From: Torpedo marmorata
Taxonomy: Eukaryota
Reading direction: 5' to 3'
DNA: 64,000 bases
NCBI GenBank assembly: GCA_977017645.1
Contig: OZ360230.1
Location: 121,086,001-121,150,000 of the forward strand
The notes under the pieces were generated by a model. That model was not told the DNA's origin. It saw nothing but the letters and a program-made list of their open reading frames with translations, and did not search any database. A program made the position numbers and the translations under genes. Of this stretch, positions 40,592 through 55,163 are shown piece by piece. Each line of letters opens with the position of its first letter. Positions within the stretch are counted from its first letter, which is position 1.

Positions 40592-42648
40592 GACAAGTCA
40601 CTGGAGACGCCGTCGCCAGAGACCTGGGTTGAGGGAGAAGAGCTCCTTGCAGAGCCTCCCATCGCTATAAGTGCCAGCAGCAAGGCCTGCAGGAGCGACT
40701 TGAAATTGCGCCGCTCATTCCTGGTCAATACTGACTCTTTCCTCGTCCTTTTAAGGATGTTGTAAATGGACTGAACAACCCCAGGAAGAACCGACCAGCG
40801 GGCGGAAGCCAACTGGGCTTTATTCTGTCTCCCCCGGGTGTCCTCCAGGAACTCCCTCACCTCCCCCACAGTGACGACCGTGGACCCAGAACTGGGGACA
40901 AAGAGGTCTGCCAGCTCTGCTTCAAAGGAGTCCTCCTCGCCGTATCCCGTATCTTTGTCCTCCTCCAGGCAAGCACCCCCACTGGCCGACGTGCCCACTC
41001 CTGTCCGCGTGGCAGCGAGCAAGGGAGGCACTGACGCCCCTTGATCCAGGACCCCGGGTGTGGCAGGGCTTGTGCCCCCTACACCACCACTTCCCAGTAC
41101 AGGCTACTCACAGACTCTCAATGAGTCCGAACGAAGGACACGTGTTGTCTAAGTCGTACCCGCCTCCACACCCTGGTCACCCATCTTCACAGAATGAGCC
41201 GGTGACCCATGAACTGAGCGGACTGGTGACCCAGGAGCCGTCTGTCCCTCGACACGACCCCTTGCCTCGATAGAGGCCACAAACTGGGCTACCACCCCAC
41301 CGGGCGACCTTCCTCCTTCAGGTGACCCCTGGATTCTGGGGCTATCTACGTCACCGGGCGTCGCGCACTCTGGGTGCGTAACCACACCAGACGGTAGGTC
41401 CCCTCCCTCCCGCTCAGCGGAATCCCCCACCGGCTCTGGATATGTTTGCTCAGGAAGTGCTGCCCAGAAGGAGGGCAAAACACCACCCTCAAGTGGCCCT
41501 GCCGTAAAAGGGCCACCCTCTAGCTCCGGGAAGGCACTCTCCGCGCATGCGGCCTTTACCGGGGGTAAATCCCCTTCCTCAGGTTCCCCCTTTCCCTTTT
41601 CTGCGGACACGTGTCTCCTGCGCTTTGTCCCACCTACTTTCTGAGGCACAGAGACTTCCATCTCTGAGGAATCCTCAGCCTCTGACACCCCATCACCCTC
41701 CCCGACTCCCTCAGGCCCCTGTTGACCCCCAGAGACTATCGGGTCCTCTGGGTCGGGCCTGGAGAAAACCGCCGACTCCTGCTTCTCCAGAGGAGGGGCT
41801 TGGAGGTGTTTCGTCTTCCTCCGTGCCTTCCTCCCCTTTGCAGGAGTACACCCCTCCCCACTGTCCGGCCCACGCTCTTCCCCAATGCCCTTTTCCCCCA
41901 CCGCAGGAGGGACATCTCCCCCGGGGGGAGAAACAGCTGGAGGGGGGACAGCAGAAGAAGGGCCAGCTGCGCCTCCTCGCACCGTCGAGGTGGAGGCAAC
42001 AGCCCGCCGGTTAGGGCAATCCCTCCGAATGTGCCCATACCCCTTGCATTCCCGGCACCTCGGACGCCCCGTGGCCCAGTACACGGGATAAGTATTCCCC
42101 TCCACGTCCACCTGGAACTGCCCCTCAGCATCCCCTCCCCGCGCCAACTGCATAAAAACGAGCCTTTTAAAGCCATACAATGACTTATAGCCAGGTATGG
42201 CAGGCTTACGCAGCATTGGGGTGATATCCGATTTTATATCCCACAGAGATTGCAGGTGAGGGAGAATGGCTGTATCAGGAATATGGGGATACACGGCAGA
42301 CAGGACCACCTTCTGCACGCGGGCCATCACTGGCTTCACCGGTATGAAGAGCCCTCCCACCGACAGCCCCTTGGTCAGGGCCAGGGACACCTTTTTAGTG
42401 GACCGCAAGAAAAACATTGTCTTCCCGTGAATTTTATCTACCGCAACGATACCCTCCTTCCCACCTATAGTCTGAGACAGAGCTTTTAAACCGCCTTCCA
42501 GACCGATGGACGGAGGTATATTACATCGTACGGCATTTTCCAAAGTCATTAATCTGAAGGGTGACACCTTTGCAGGAGCCCCACCTCCAGGAGCTGCAAC
42601 TGCTGCGTAGGTCCGAGGGGCTGCCATCTTAGAGGTGCAGCTCGCCAT
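40588..42648 (-). pseudogene. Tx1 ORF1: 499-aa open N-terminal part (41149-42648), premature stops before the C-terminal domain
   Basis: No 4-bp deletion; C-terminal fragment 40588-41031 is in the same frame. Confidence 0.9.
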
Positions 42649-43287
42649 GATGAAAGTCCTAGGCAGTCAGTAATTATCGCACCTGCTGATATGAAACACT
42701 GTCCTTCTACCAGCGGAGCACACAATTAATCAGTTTTCCAAAAGTTTAGCAGTGCAGGGAAGGGAGTATGGTGGGAGTTTCCACAGGAATGTCTGTGCAC
42801 GGATGACTGCAACGCTCTTCTTCTCGAGCGCAGGGTATATATCCTCCTCCAAGTCAGCCCGATTCTTCTGCAGCCTCACGAGTCCCAGGAAACGTTGATG
42901 ATCTTTGTTCCCCAGTCGTCCTGAGCGAAGGTCCTCGGTTGGGACTGGGCTTTCCGATGATAAGGACCCAACTCCCACTGAAGTCCAGAAATGGCTTTGG
43001 CAATCTGCCAGCCACTGCTGCTCCACAGCACTCAGGCACAGTCAAAGACCTTGCAGTGCAAAATCTTCTTTCTTCCTCCAAAAACGACCACCGCTGGGAT
43101 GAGAATGCACTCCCACACTTTTCAGCGACCTCTGCACTTGCACTTATCAATTTTGAAAACCATAAATTCTTGGTCAACGATAGAGCTCAGGCAGTACCGC
43201 CGCTCCCACAGTGCGACCCTTCCTCCATAACGGCCCTCCCTTCATAACGACCCTTCCTTCATAACGGCTCTTCCTTCATAACGGCCC

Positions 43288-43926
43288 TTTTTTTAAAAAT
43301 TAAACATTCCATATTTATTTTATAAACAACGTAACTTTACATGAAAACAATGTTACTTGTTCCTTTTTGTGCAACATAGAATTAAAAAGATGGTGCATAA
43401 AAACTAAAATCCTTGGCATCAAAGCAATACTGAAGACGAGATGTTGCACAGGACAAAAACTTTAATTGCCTTTAATTAATATTAAACTATATCATCCTTC
43501 ACAGTAATGGTCTTTAAAAGGAGGTTGAATGTAGCATCCAGAACTCATCAAGGTTTCAGATGCTCAGCCCAAAGACAGTGAGGATACAATACATAGAATT
43601 ATTCTCCCATCTCACTACAGCTTCCATCAGAATTGTTGTCCCAGTAACAGGAACTTGCTGAGAGCAGACCAGCTCCATTCTTCTGCATTATCACAGATGT
43701 CACAATGTATTTGAACGGTTTGCCTAGTTTGTTGAGTTGACTGAGACAGAGATCCACCACACTAGTTGTCCACTGGTTAACTGCTTGGTTGATACGCATT
43801 TCCACCAATTGCAGTCTCTATTGAATCTTTAACAACAGCACTGACTTCAACAATAAATGTAGTCTATAAAAGAAATGGCACAGATTAGTTTTAGTCTTGG
43901 AAAGCTTTTGTACGTGGTAGAGATGC
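43288..43926 (-). pseudogene. DYNLT1: DYNLT1 retrocopy, second haplotype (keeps the WEN segment, different 2-bp deletion)
   Basis: aatacatagaattattctcccatctcactacag vs aatacatctcacagtacag in left copies. Confidence 0.92.
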
Positions 43927-43966
43927 ACGGCCCTTTGCTTCATAACGGCCTTTCATAACGACCCTT

Positions 43967-46526
43967 CCTCCAATCGGTAGACTCAGGACCGCCGCAGAGA
44001 CCCAGTGTTTCCTGTTGCCCCAGAAGAAGTCCACCAACTTCCTCTGGATTCACATGGCAAAGGCAGCAGGTGGGACCAAGTTGACCAACCGGTACCAAAA
44101 CATGGAAGCCACCACCTGGTTGATGACCACCACCCTGCCTCGGTAGGAAAGCACCGCAAGGAGGCCTGACCAGTGTCCCAGCAGGGCAGCGATCTTCGCC
44201 TCCAGATCCTGCCAGTTCGCCAGCCAGGTGTCCCCGGTGGGACTCAGGTGGACCCCCAAGTAGAGAAGATGTGTGGTGCTCCACGTAAATGGTTTCATCA
44301 CCTCCGGCAGGGAGTCCACCCGCCACTGACCCACCAAACGTCCAGAACATTTAGCCCAATTGATCCTGGCAGAGGACGCAGCAGAGAAGACCTGCTGGCA
44401 CTCCCGCATCCTCCGCAGGTCAACGGGGTCGGTCACCATGAGGAGCACGTCATCAGCATAGGCCGAGAGGACGACCTCCATTTCCAGCTCATGTAGAACC
44501 ATCCCCGTCAACTTCCTCCGAAGAAGACTCAGGAATGGCTCCACACAGATGGTGTACAACTGGCCAGACATGGGGCATCCCTGACGTACTCCCCTGTGAA
44601 AAGGTATGGGGCAATCAAGGATCCGTTCACTTTGATGAGACACTCTGCGGCAGAGTACAAGAGATGAATCCGGGCAACAAAGTGATGTCCGAACCCAAAA
44701 GTCTGCAGAGTACCCACTAGGTAGCTGTGGTCCACCCTATCAAATGCCTTCTCCTGATCCAGGGAGAGAAAGGCTGCTGATGTACCAGTCTCCTGGGACA
44801 GATGGATCAGGTCCTGCACCAGATAGATATTGTTCTGGATGGACCGGTCTGGGACGGTGTATGGTCAGGGTGGACAACCTGCCCCAGCACAGAGCCCAGA
44901 CGGTTGGCCAATGCCTGGGCGAAGACCTTGTAGTCCGTGCACAGGAGAGACACCGGCCGCCAGTTCTTCATCAGGCGGTGGTCTCCCTTCTTCGGCAGCA
45001 GGACCACGACGGCTCTCCGCCACGAGAGGGGCATCTCTCCGGTGGCCAGGCTCTCACCCAGGACACGTGCATAGTCCTCACCCAGGACATCCCAAAAAGA
45101 CCGGAGGAACTCAACAGTCAGGCCGACCAAGCCAGGAGACTTGCCGCTCTTGAGTTGGTGCAGGGCCAGGGACAGCTCACCCGGTGTCAGGGGAGCATCC
45201 AACCTTTCAACTGCCTCCGGATCAACCTTTGGCAGACCCTCCTATAGGACCCTGCTCGCGTCTCCATCTGACGGGTCAGATGAGAACAAGGCTCCATAAA
45301 AAGAGCGGACAGTCAGGAGGATTTCTGCCGGATTTGTGACACAGGAGCCGCTGTCAGACAGCAACTCCACCATCTGCTTCCGTATTCCCCGGCTCTTCTC
45401 CAACGAGAAGAAGAAAGGTGAGACGCGGTCCAAATCATGGAGTAGTTGGATCCGTGACCTCACGTGCGCACCTCGGGACTGCTTGAGCTGCAGGTTTCTC
45501 AACGCATCCTTCTTCCTCTGGTGCTCCTGCCACAGGAATGGATCCCCAGGGGTCAGACCGAGACGAAACAACAAGTCGAGCACCTCTCTCTCAAGCCGCC
45601 CGATCTCGGAGTTCCGGCTCTTGGTCGACCCCCTGATGTACTCCTGACACAGCAGACGAATGTGGGCCTTGCCCACATCCCACCACAGCCGCAGGGAGCA
45701 GAATTCCTCCCATTGCCCCCTCCAGGTGGTCCAGAACTCCCTGAACGAATCCTGGAATCGGTTGTCCTCCAGCAGCTGGTTGTTAAAATGCCAAAACACG
45801 GACCCCACCTGCGGGCAGGACGGAGTGAAGTCTGCCCAGACGAGATGATGGTCATAGCACGCCACCAGCCGCATGGAGGCAGCCAACACCCGGTAGACAT
45901 GCGCCCTGGAGATATACAAACGGTCAATTCGCGAGCCTCCACCTCCTCCATCCCTCCTTGAGTAAGCACAGGAGTCCGGGTGGAGGTTCCGCCAGACATC
46001 GACCATATCGAAGGAACCCACTAGCTCCCTCAGCAGCTTCACCGAGGCTCGGCAAGACCGAGGGCCAAAACGATCCCTGTCCTCGAGGGTGGAGTTAAAA
46101 TCACCCCCGAGGATAACACATTCGCCCTGGCTAAAAGAAGCCAGCAGGGCGGACACATCTCGAAACAGGTGCGCCTGTGCCGGGCCGGGCTCCGGGGCGT
46201 AAACGTTGACAAGGTGCAACGGTACGCCATCCTGGCGCACGGCCAGATGGAGCAGACGGCCTGGCACCAACTCCTGAACCGTAAGGATCTCAAGTTGGAA
46301 GGTCGGGGCCAACAAAATAGCCATCCCGCTCGAAGTGGAGCTGAGGTGACTCATGTATACCCCTCCCTCACCACTCCAGGAGCCAGGTGGATTCGTCTCC
46401 TGGACCGGTGCGTGTCTCCTGCAGGAAACTCACCGCATATCTCCCTCTCCTAAGGACCGAGAGATGGTGGAACCTGCGGAGAGACCCCCTTCCGCCGTTG
46501 ATGTTCAGGCTGGTGTCGGTAATCAT
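43967..46526 (-). pseudogene. Tx1 ORF2 (APE+RT), disrupted
   Basis: EN and RT motifs in fragments. Confidence 0.92.
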
Positions 46527-48583
46527 GACAAGTCACTGGAGACGCCGTCGCCAGAGACCTGGGTTGAGGGAGAAGAGCTCCTTGCAGAGCCTCCCATCGC
46601 TATAAGTGCCAGCAGCAAGGCCTGCAGGAGCGACTTGAAATTGCGCCGCTCATTCCTGGTCAATACTGACTCTTTCCTCGTCCTTTTAAGGATGTTGTAA
46701 ATGGACTGAACAACCCCAGGAAGAACCGACCAGCGGGCGGAAGCCAACTGGGCTTTATTCTGTCTCCCCCGGGTGTCCTCCAGGAACTCCCTCACCTCCC
46801 CCACAGTGACGACCGTGGACCCAGAACTGGGGACAAAGAGGTCTGCCAGCTCTGCTTCAAAGGAGTCCTCCTCGCCGTATCCCGTATCTTTGTCCTCCTC
46901 CAGGCAAGCACCCCCACTGGCCGACGTGCCCACTCCTGTCCGCGTGGCAGCGAGCAAGGGAGGCACTGACGCCCCTTGATCCAGGACCCCGGGTGTGGCA
47001 GGGCTTGTGCCCCCTACACCACCACTTCCCAGTACAGGCTACTCACAGACTCTCAATGAGTCCGAACGAAGGACACGTGTTGTCTAAGTCGTACCCGCCT
47101 CCACACCCTGGTCACCCATCTTCACAGAATGAGCCGGTGACCCATGAACTGAGCGGACTGGTGACCCAGGAGCCGTCTGTCCCTCGACACGACCCCTTGC
47201 CTCGATAGAGGCCACAAACTGGGCTACCACCCCACCGGGCGACCTTCCTCCTTCAGGTGACCCCTGGATTCTGGGGCTATCTACGTCACCGGGCGTCGCG
47301 CACTCTGGGTGCGTAACCACACCAGACGGTAGGTCCCCTCCCTCCCGCTCAGCGGAATCCCCCACCGGCTCTGGATATGTTTGCTCAGGAAGTGCTGCCC
47401 AGAAGGAGGGCAAAACACCACCCTCAAGTGGCCCTGCCGTAAAAGGGCCACCCTCTAGCTCCGGGAAGGCACTCTCCGCGCATGCGGCCTTTACCGGGGG
47501 TAAATCCCCTTCCTCAGGTTCCCCCTTTCCCTTTTCTGCGGACACGTGTCTCCTGCGCTTTGTCCCACCTACTTTCTGAGGCACAGAGACTTCCATCTCT
47601 GAGGAATCCTCAGCCTCTGACACCCCATCACCCTCCCCGACTCCCTCAGGCCCCTGTTGACCCCCAGAGACTATCGGGTCCTCTGGGTCGGGCCTGGAGA
47701 AAACCGCCGACTCCTGCTTCTCCAGAGGAGGGGCTTGGAGGTGTTTCGTCTTCCTCCGTGCCTTCCTCCCCTTTGCAGGAGTACACCCCTCCCCACTGTC
47801 CGGCCCACGCTCTTCCCCAATGCCCTTTTCCCCCACCGCAGGAGGGACATCTCCCCCGGGGGGAGAAACAGCTGGAGGGGGGACAGCAGAAGAAGGGCCA
47901 GCTGCGCCTCCTCGCACCGTCGAGGTGGAGGCAACAGCCCGCCGGTTAGGGCAATCCCTCCGAATGTGCCCATACCCCTTGCATTCCCGGCACCTCGGAC
48001 GCCCCGTGGCCCAGTACACGGGATAAGTATTCCCCTCCACGTCCACCTGGAACTGCCCCTCAGCATCCCCTCCCCGCGCCAACTGCATAAAAACGAGCCT
48101 TTTAAAGCCATACAATGACTTATAGCCAGGTATGGCAGGCTTACGCAGCATTGGGGTGATATCCGATTTTATATCCCACAGAGATTGCAGGTGAGGGAGA
48201 ATGGCTGTATCAGGAATATGGGGATACACGGCAGACAGGACCACCTTCTGCACGCGGGCCATCACTGGCTTCACCGGTATGAAGAGCCCTCCCACCGACA
48301 GCCCCTTAGTCAGGGCCAGGGACACCTTTTTAGTGGACCGCAAGAAAAACATTGTCTTCCCGTGAATTTTATCTACCGCAACGATACCCTCCTTCCCACC
48401 TATAGTCTGAGACAGAGCTTTTAAACCGCCTTCCAGACCGATGGACGGAGGTATATTACATTGTACGGCATTTTCCAAAGTCATTAATCTGAAGGGTGAC
48501 ACCTTTGCAGGAGCCCCACCTCCAGGAGCTGCAACTGCTGCGTAGGTCCGAGGGGCCGCCATCTTAGAGCGGCAGCTCGCCAT
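46523..48583 (-). pseudogene. Tx1 ORF1: 499-aa open part (47084-48583) plus stop-separated C-terminus
   Basis: CCHC knuckle intact. Confidence 0.9.
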
Positions 48584-49222
48584 GATGAAAGTCCTAGGCA
48601 GTCAGTAATTATCGCACCTGCTGATATGAAACACTGTCCTTCTACCAGCGGAGCACACAATTAATCAGTTTTCCAAATGTTTAGCAGTGCAGAGAAGGGA
48701 GTATGGTGGGAGTTTCCACAGGAATGTCTGTGCACGGATGACTGCAACGCTCTTCTTCTCGAGCGCAGGGTATATATCCTCCTCCAAGTCAGCCCGATTC
48801 TTCTGCAGCCTCACGAGTCCCAGGAAACGTTGATGATCTTTGTTCCCCAGTCGTCCTGAGCGAAGGTCCTCGGTTGGGACTGGGCTTTCCGATGATAAGG
48901 ACCCAACTCCCACTGAAGTCCAGAAATGGCTTTGGCAATCTGCCAGCCACTGCTGCTCCACAGCACTCAGGCACAGTCAAAGACCTTGCAGTGCAAAATC
49001 TTCTTTCTTCCTCCAAAAACGACCACCGCTGGGATGAGAATGCACTCCCACACTTTTCAGCGACCTCTGCACTTGCACTTATCAATTTTGAAAACCATAA
49101 ATTCTTGGTCAACGATAGAGCTCAGGCAGTACCGCCGCTCCCACAGTGCGACCCTTCCTCCATAACGGCCCTCCCTTCATAACGACCCTTCCTTCATAAC
49201 GGCTCTTCCTTCATAACGGCCC

Positions 49223-49861
49223 TTTTTTTTAAAATTAAACATTCCATATTTATTTTATAAACAACGTAACTTTACATGAAAACAATGTTACTTGTTCCTT
49301 TTTGTGCAACATAGAATTAAAAAGATGGTGCATAAAATCTAAAATCCTTGGCATCAAAGCAATACTGAAGACGAGATGTTGCACAGGACAAAAACTTTAA
49401 TTGCCTTTAATTAATATTAAACTATATCATCCTTCACAGTAATGGTCTTTAAAAGGAGGTTGAATGTAGCATCCAGAACTCATCAAGGTTTCAGATGCTC
49501 AGCCCAAAGACAGTGAGGATACAATACATAGAATTATTCTCCCATCTCACTACAGCTTCCATCAGAATTGTTGTCCCAGTAACAGGAACTTGCTGAGAGC
49601 AGACCAGCTCCATTCTTCTGCATTATCACAGATGTCACAATGTATTTGAACGGTTTGCCTAGTTTGTTGAGTTGACTGAGACAGAGATCCACCACACTAG
49701 TTGTCCACTGGTTAACTGCTTGGTTGATACGCATTTCCACCAATTGCAGTCTCTATTGAATCTTTAACAACAGCACTGACTTCAACAATAAATTTAGTCT
49801 ATAAAAGAAATGGCACAGATTAGTTTTAGTCTTGGAAAGCTTTTGTACGTGGTAGAGATGC
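49223..49861 (-). pseudogene. DYNLT1: DYNLT1 retrocopy, second haplotype
   Basis: As 43288-43926. Confidence 0.92.
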
Positions 49862-49901
49862 ACGGCCCTTTGCTTCATAACGGCCTTTCATAACGACCCT
49901 T

Positions 49902-52468
49902 CCTCCAATCGGTAGACTCAGGACCGCCGCAGAGACCCAGTGTTTCCTGTTGCCCCAGAAGAAGTCCACCAACTTCCTCTGGATTCACATGGCAAAGGCA
50001 GCAGGTGGGACCAAGTTGACCAACCGGTACCAAAACATGGAAGCCACCACCTGGTTGATGACCACCACCCTGCCTCGGTAGGAAAGCACCGCAAGGAGGC
50101 CTGACCAGTGTCCCAGCAGGGCAGCGATCTTCGCCTCCAGATCCTGCCAGTTCGCCAGCCAGGTGTCCCCGGTGGGACTCAGGTGGACCCCCAAGTAGAG
50201 AAGATGTGTGGTGCTCCACGTAAATGGTTTCATCACCTCCGGCAGGGAGTCCACCCGCCACTGACCCACCAAAAGTCCAGAACATTTAGCCCAATTGATC
50301 CTGGCAGAGGACACAGCAGAGAAGACCTGCTGGCACTCCCGCATCCTCCGCAGGTCAACGGGGTCGGTCACCATGAGGAGCACGTCATCAGCATAGGCCG
50401 AGAGAACGACCTCCATGTCCGGCTCACGTAGAACCATCCCCGTCAACTTCCTCCGAAGAAGACTCTTGAATGGCTCTACACAGATGGTGTACAACTGGCC
50501 AGACATGGGGCATCCCTGACGTACTCCCCTGTAGAAGGGTATGGGGGCAGTCAAGGATCCGTTCACTTTGATGAGGCACTCTGCGGCAGAGTACAAGAGC
50601 TGAATTCGGGCTACAAAGTGATGTCCGAACCCAAAAGCATGCAGAGTACCCACGAGGTAGCTGTGGTCCACCCTATCAAATTACTTCTCCTGATCCAGGG
50701 ACAGAAAGGCTGCTGATATACCAGTCTCCTGGGACAGATGGATCAGGTCCCGTACCAGATGGATATTGTCCTGGATGGACCGGTCTGGGACGGCGTATGA
50801 CTGGTCAGGGTGGACAACCTGCCCCAGCACAGAGCCCAGACGGTTGGCCAATGCCTGGGCGAAGACCTTGTAGTCCGTGCACAGGAGAGACACCGGCCGC
50901 CAGTTCTTCAACAGGCGGTGGTCTCCCTTCTTCGGCAGCAGGACCACGACGGCTCTCCGCCACGAGAGGGGCATTTCTCCGGTGGCCAGGCTCTCACACA
51001 GGACACGTGCATAGTCCTCACCCAGGACATCCCAAAAAGCCCGGAGGAACTCAACAGTCAGGCCGTCCAAGCCAGGAGACTTGCCGCTCTTGAGTTGGTG
51101 CAGGGCCAGGGACAGCTCACCCGGTGTCAGGGGAGCATCCAACCGTTCAACTGCCTCCGGATCAACCTTTGGCAGACCCTCTTATAGCACCCTGCGCGTG
51201 TCTCCATCTGACGGGTCAGATGAGAATAAGGCTCCATAAAAAGAGCGGACAGTCAGGAGAATTTCTGCCGGAATTGTGACACAGGAGCCGCTGTCAGACA
51301 GCAACTCCACCATCTGCTTCCGTATTCCCCGGCTCTTCTCCAACGAGAAGAAGAAAGGTGAGATGCGGTCCAAATCATGGAGTAGTTGGATCCGTGATCT
51401 CACGTACGCACCTCGGGACTGCTTGAGCTGCAGGTACCTCAACGCGTCCTTCTTCCTCTGGTGCTCCTGCCACAGGAGTGGATCCCCAGGGGTCAGACCG
51501 AGACGAGACTCCAAGTCAAGCACCTCTCTCTCAAGCCGCCCAATCTCGGAGTTCCGGCTCTTGGTTGACCCCCTGGTGTACACCTGACACAGCAGACGAA
51601 TGTGGGCCTTGCCCACATCCCACCACAGCCGCAGGGAGCAGAATTCCTCCCGCTGCCCCCTCCAGGTGGTCCAGAACTCCCTGAACGAATCCTGGAATCG
51701 GTTGTCCTCCAGCAGCTGGTTGTTAAAATGCCAAAACACGGACCCCACCTGCGGGCAGGATGGAGTGAACTCTGCCCAGACGAGATGGTGGTCATAGCAC
51801 GCCACCGGCGGCATGGAGGCAGCCGACACCCGGGAGACATGCACCCTGGAGATATACAAACAGTCAATTCGCGAGCCTCCCCCTCCTCCATCCCTCCTTG
51901 AGTAAGCACAGGAGTGCGGGTGGAGGTTCCGCCATACATCGACCATATCGAAGGAACCCACTAGCTCCCTCAGCAGCCTCACCGAGGCTCGGCAAGACCG
52001 AGGGCCAGAACGATCCCTGTCCTCGAGGGTGGAGTTAAAATCACCCCCGAGGATAACACATTCGCCCTGGCTAAAAGAAGCCAGCAGGGCGGACACATCT
52101 CGAAACAGGCGCGCCTGTGCCGGGCCGGGCTCCGGGGCGTAAACGTTGACAAGGTGCAACGGTACGCCATCCTGGCTCACGGCCAGATGGAGCAGACGGC
52201 CTGTCACCAACTCCTGAACCGTAAGGATCTCAGGTTGGAAGGTCGGGGCCAACAAACTAGCCACCCCGCTCGAAGTGGAGCTGAGGTGACTCATGTATAC
52301 CCCCCCTCACCACTCCAGGAGCCAGGTGGATTCGTTTCCTGGACCGGTGCGGGTCTCCTGCAGGAAACTCACCGCATATCTCCCTCTCCTAAGGACCGAG
52401 AGATGGTGGAACCTGCGGAGAGACCCCCTACCGCCGTTGATGTTCAGGCTGGCGACGGTAATCGTCAT
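49902..52468 (-). pseudogene. Tx1 ORF2 (APE+RT), interrupted mainly by nonsense codons
   Basis: Fragments 51182-52294, 50681-51142, 49985-50671. Confidence 0.92.
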
Positions 52469-54524
52469 GACAAGTCACTGGAGACTCCGTCGCCAGAGAC
52501 CTGAGTTGAGGGAGAAGAGCTCCTTGCAGAACCTCCCCTCGCTATAAGTGCCAGCAGCAAGGCCTGCAGGAGCGACTTGAAATTGTGCCGCTCATTCCTG
52601 GTCAATACTGACTCTTTCCTCGTTCTTTTAAGGATGTTGTAAATGGACTGAACAACCCCAGGAAGATCCGACCAGCGGGCGGAAGCCAACTGGGCTTTAT
52701 TCTGTCTCCCCCGGGTGTCCTCCAGGAACTCCCTCACCTCCCCCACAGTGACGACCGTGGACCCAGAACTGGGGACAAAGAGGTCTGCCAGCTCTGCTTC
52801 AAAGGAGTCCTCCTCGCCATATCCCGTATCGTTGTCCTACTCCAGGCAAGCACCCCCACTGGCCGACGTGCCCACTCCTGTCCACGTGGCAGCGAGCAAG
52901 GGAAGCCCTGACGCCCCTTGATCCAGGACCCGGGTGTGGCAGGGCTTGTGCCCCCTACACCACCACTTCCCAGTACAGGCGACTCACAGACTCTCAATGA
53001 GTCCGAACGAAGGACACGTGTTGTCTAAGTCGTACCCGCCTCCACACCCTGGTTACCCATCTTCACAGAATGAGCCGGTGACCCATGAACTGAGCGGACT
53101 GGTGACCCGAGGGGTGTCTGTCCCTCGACAGGACCCCTTGCCTCGATAGAGGCCACAAACTGGGCTACCACCCCACCGGGCGACCTTCCTCCTTCAGGTG
53201 ACCCCTGGATTCTGGGGCTATCTACGTCACCGGGCGTCGCGCACTCTGGGTGCGTAACCACACCAGACGGTAGGTCCCCTCCCTCCCGCTCAGCGGAATC
53301 CCCCACCGGCTCTGGATATGTTTGCTCAGGAAGTGCTGCCCAGAAGGAGGGCAAATCACCACCCTCAAGTGGCCCTGCCGTAACAGGGCCACCCTCTAGC
53401 TCCGGGAAGGCACTCTCCGCGCATGCGGCCTTTACCGGGGGTAAATCCCCTTCCTCAGGTTCCCCCTTTCCCTCTTCTGCGGACACGTGTCTCCTGCGCT
53501 TTGTCCCACCTACTTTCTGAGGCACAGAGACTTCCATCTCTGAGGAATCCTCGGCCTCTGACACCCCATCACCCTCCCCGACTCCCTCAGGCCCCTGTTG
53601 ACCCCCAGAGACTATCGGGTCCTCTGGGTCGGGCCTGGAGGAAACCGCCGACTCCTGCTTCTCCAGAGGAGGGGCTTGGAGGTGTTTCGTCTTCCTCCGT
53701 GCCTTCCTCCCCTTTGCAGGAGTCCACCCCTCCCCAATGTCCGGCCCACGCTCTTCCCCAATGCCCTTTTCCCCCACCGCAGGAGGGACATCTCCCCCGG
53801 GGGGAGAAACAGCTGGAGGGGGGACAGCAGAAGAAGGGCCAGCTGCGCCTCCTCGCACCGTCGAGGTGGAGGCAACAGCCCGCCGGTTAGGGCAATCCCT
53901 CCGAATGTGCCCATACCCCTTGCATTCCCGGCACCTCGGACGCCCCGTGGCCCAGTACACGGGATAAGTATTCCCCTCCACGTCCACCTGGAACTGCCCC
54001 TCAGCATCCCCTCCCCGCGCCAACTGCATAGAAACGAGCCTTTTAAAGCCATACAATGACTTATAGCCAGGTATGGCAGGCTTACGCAGCATTGGGGTGA
54101 TATCCGATTTTATATCCCCCAGAGATTGCAGGTGAGGGAGAATGGCTGTATCAGGAATATGGGGATACACGGCAGACAGGACCACCTTCTGCACGCGGGC
54201 CATCACTGGCTTCACCGGTATGAAGAGCCCTCCCATCGACAGCCCCTTACTCAGGGCCAGGGACACCTTTTTAGTGGACCGCAAGAAAAACATTGTCTTC
54301 CCGTGAATTTTATCTACCGCAACGATACCCTCCTTCCCACCTATAGTCTGAGACAGAGCTTTTAAACCGCCTTCCAGACCGATGGACGGAGGTATATTAC
54401 ATTGTACGGCATTTTCCAAAGTCATTAATCTGAAGGGTGACACCTTTGCAGGAGCCCCACCTCCAGGAGCTGCAACTGCTGCGTAGGTCCGAGGGGCTGC
54501 CATCTTAGAGGTGCAGCTCGCCAT
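52465..54524 (-). pseudogene. Tx1 ORF1: 499-aa open part (53025-54524), disrupted C-terminus
   Basis: CCHC knuckle intact. Confidence 0.9.
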
Positions 54525-55163
54525 GATGAAAGTCCTAGGCAGTCAGTAATTATCGCACCTGCTGATATGAAACACTGTCCTTCTACCAGCGGAGCACACA
54601 ATTAATCAGTTTTCCAAAAGTTTAGCAGTGCAGGGAAGGGAGTATGGTGGGAGTTTCCACAGGAATGTCTGTGCACGGATGACTGCAACGCTCTTCTTCT
54701 CGAGCGCAGGGTATATATCCTCCTCCAAGTCAGCCCGATTCTTCTGCAGCCTCACGAGTCCCAGGAAACGTTGATGATCTGTGTTCCCCAGTCGTCCTGA
54801 GCGAAGGTCCTCGGTTGGGACTGGGCTTTCCGATGATAAGGACCCAACTCCCACTGAAGTCCAGAAATGGCTTTGGCAATCTGCCAGCCACTGCTGCTCC
54901 ACAGCACTCAGGCACAGTCAAAGACCTTGCAGTGCAAAATCTTCTTTCTTCCTCCAAAAACGACCACCGCTGGGATGAGAATGCACTCCCACACTTTTCA
55001 GCGACCTCTGCACTTGCACTTATCAATTTTGAAAACCATAAATTCTTGGTCAACGATAGAGCTCAGGCAGTACCGCCGCTCCCACAGTGCGACCCTTCCT
55101 CCATAACGGCCCTCCCTTCATAACGACCCTTCCTTCATAACGGCTCTTCCTTCATAACGGCCC

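Larger units (their letters stand above)
38030..43213 (-). mobile_element. Tx1-clade retrotransposon, 3'-truncated (copy 7)
   Basis: Mosaic of left- and right-type variants. Confidence 0.93.
43967..49148 (-). mobile_element. Tx1-clade retrotransposon, 3'-truncated (copy 8, recombinant)
   Basis: 3' end is right-type, RT core is left-type. Confidence 0.93.
49902..55089 (-). mobile_element. Tx1-clade retrotransposon, 3'-truncated (copy 9, divergent haplotype)
   Basis: Keeps PDQSYAVPDRSIQDNI and APIPF in frame; stop after LDQEK. Confidence 0.93.
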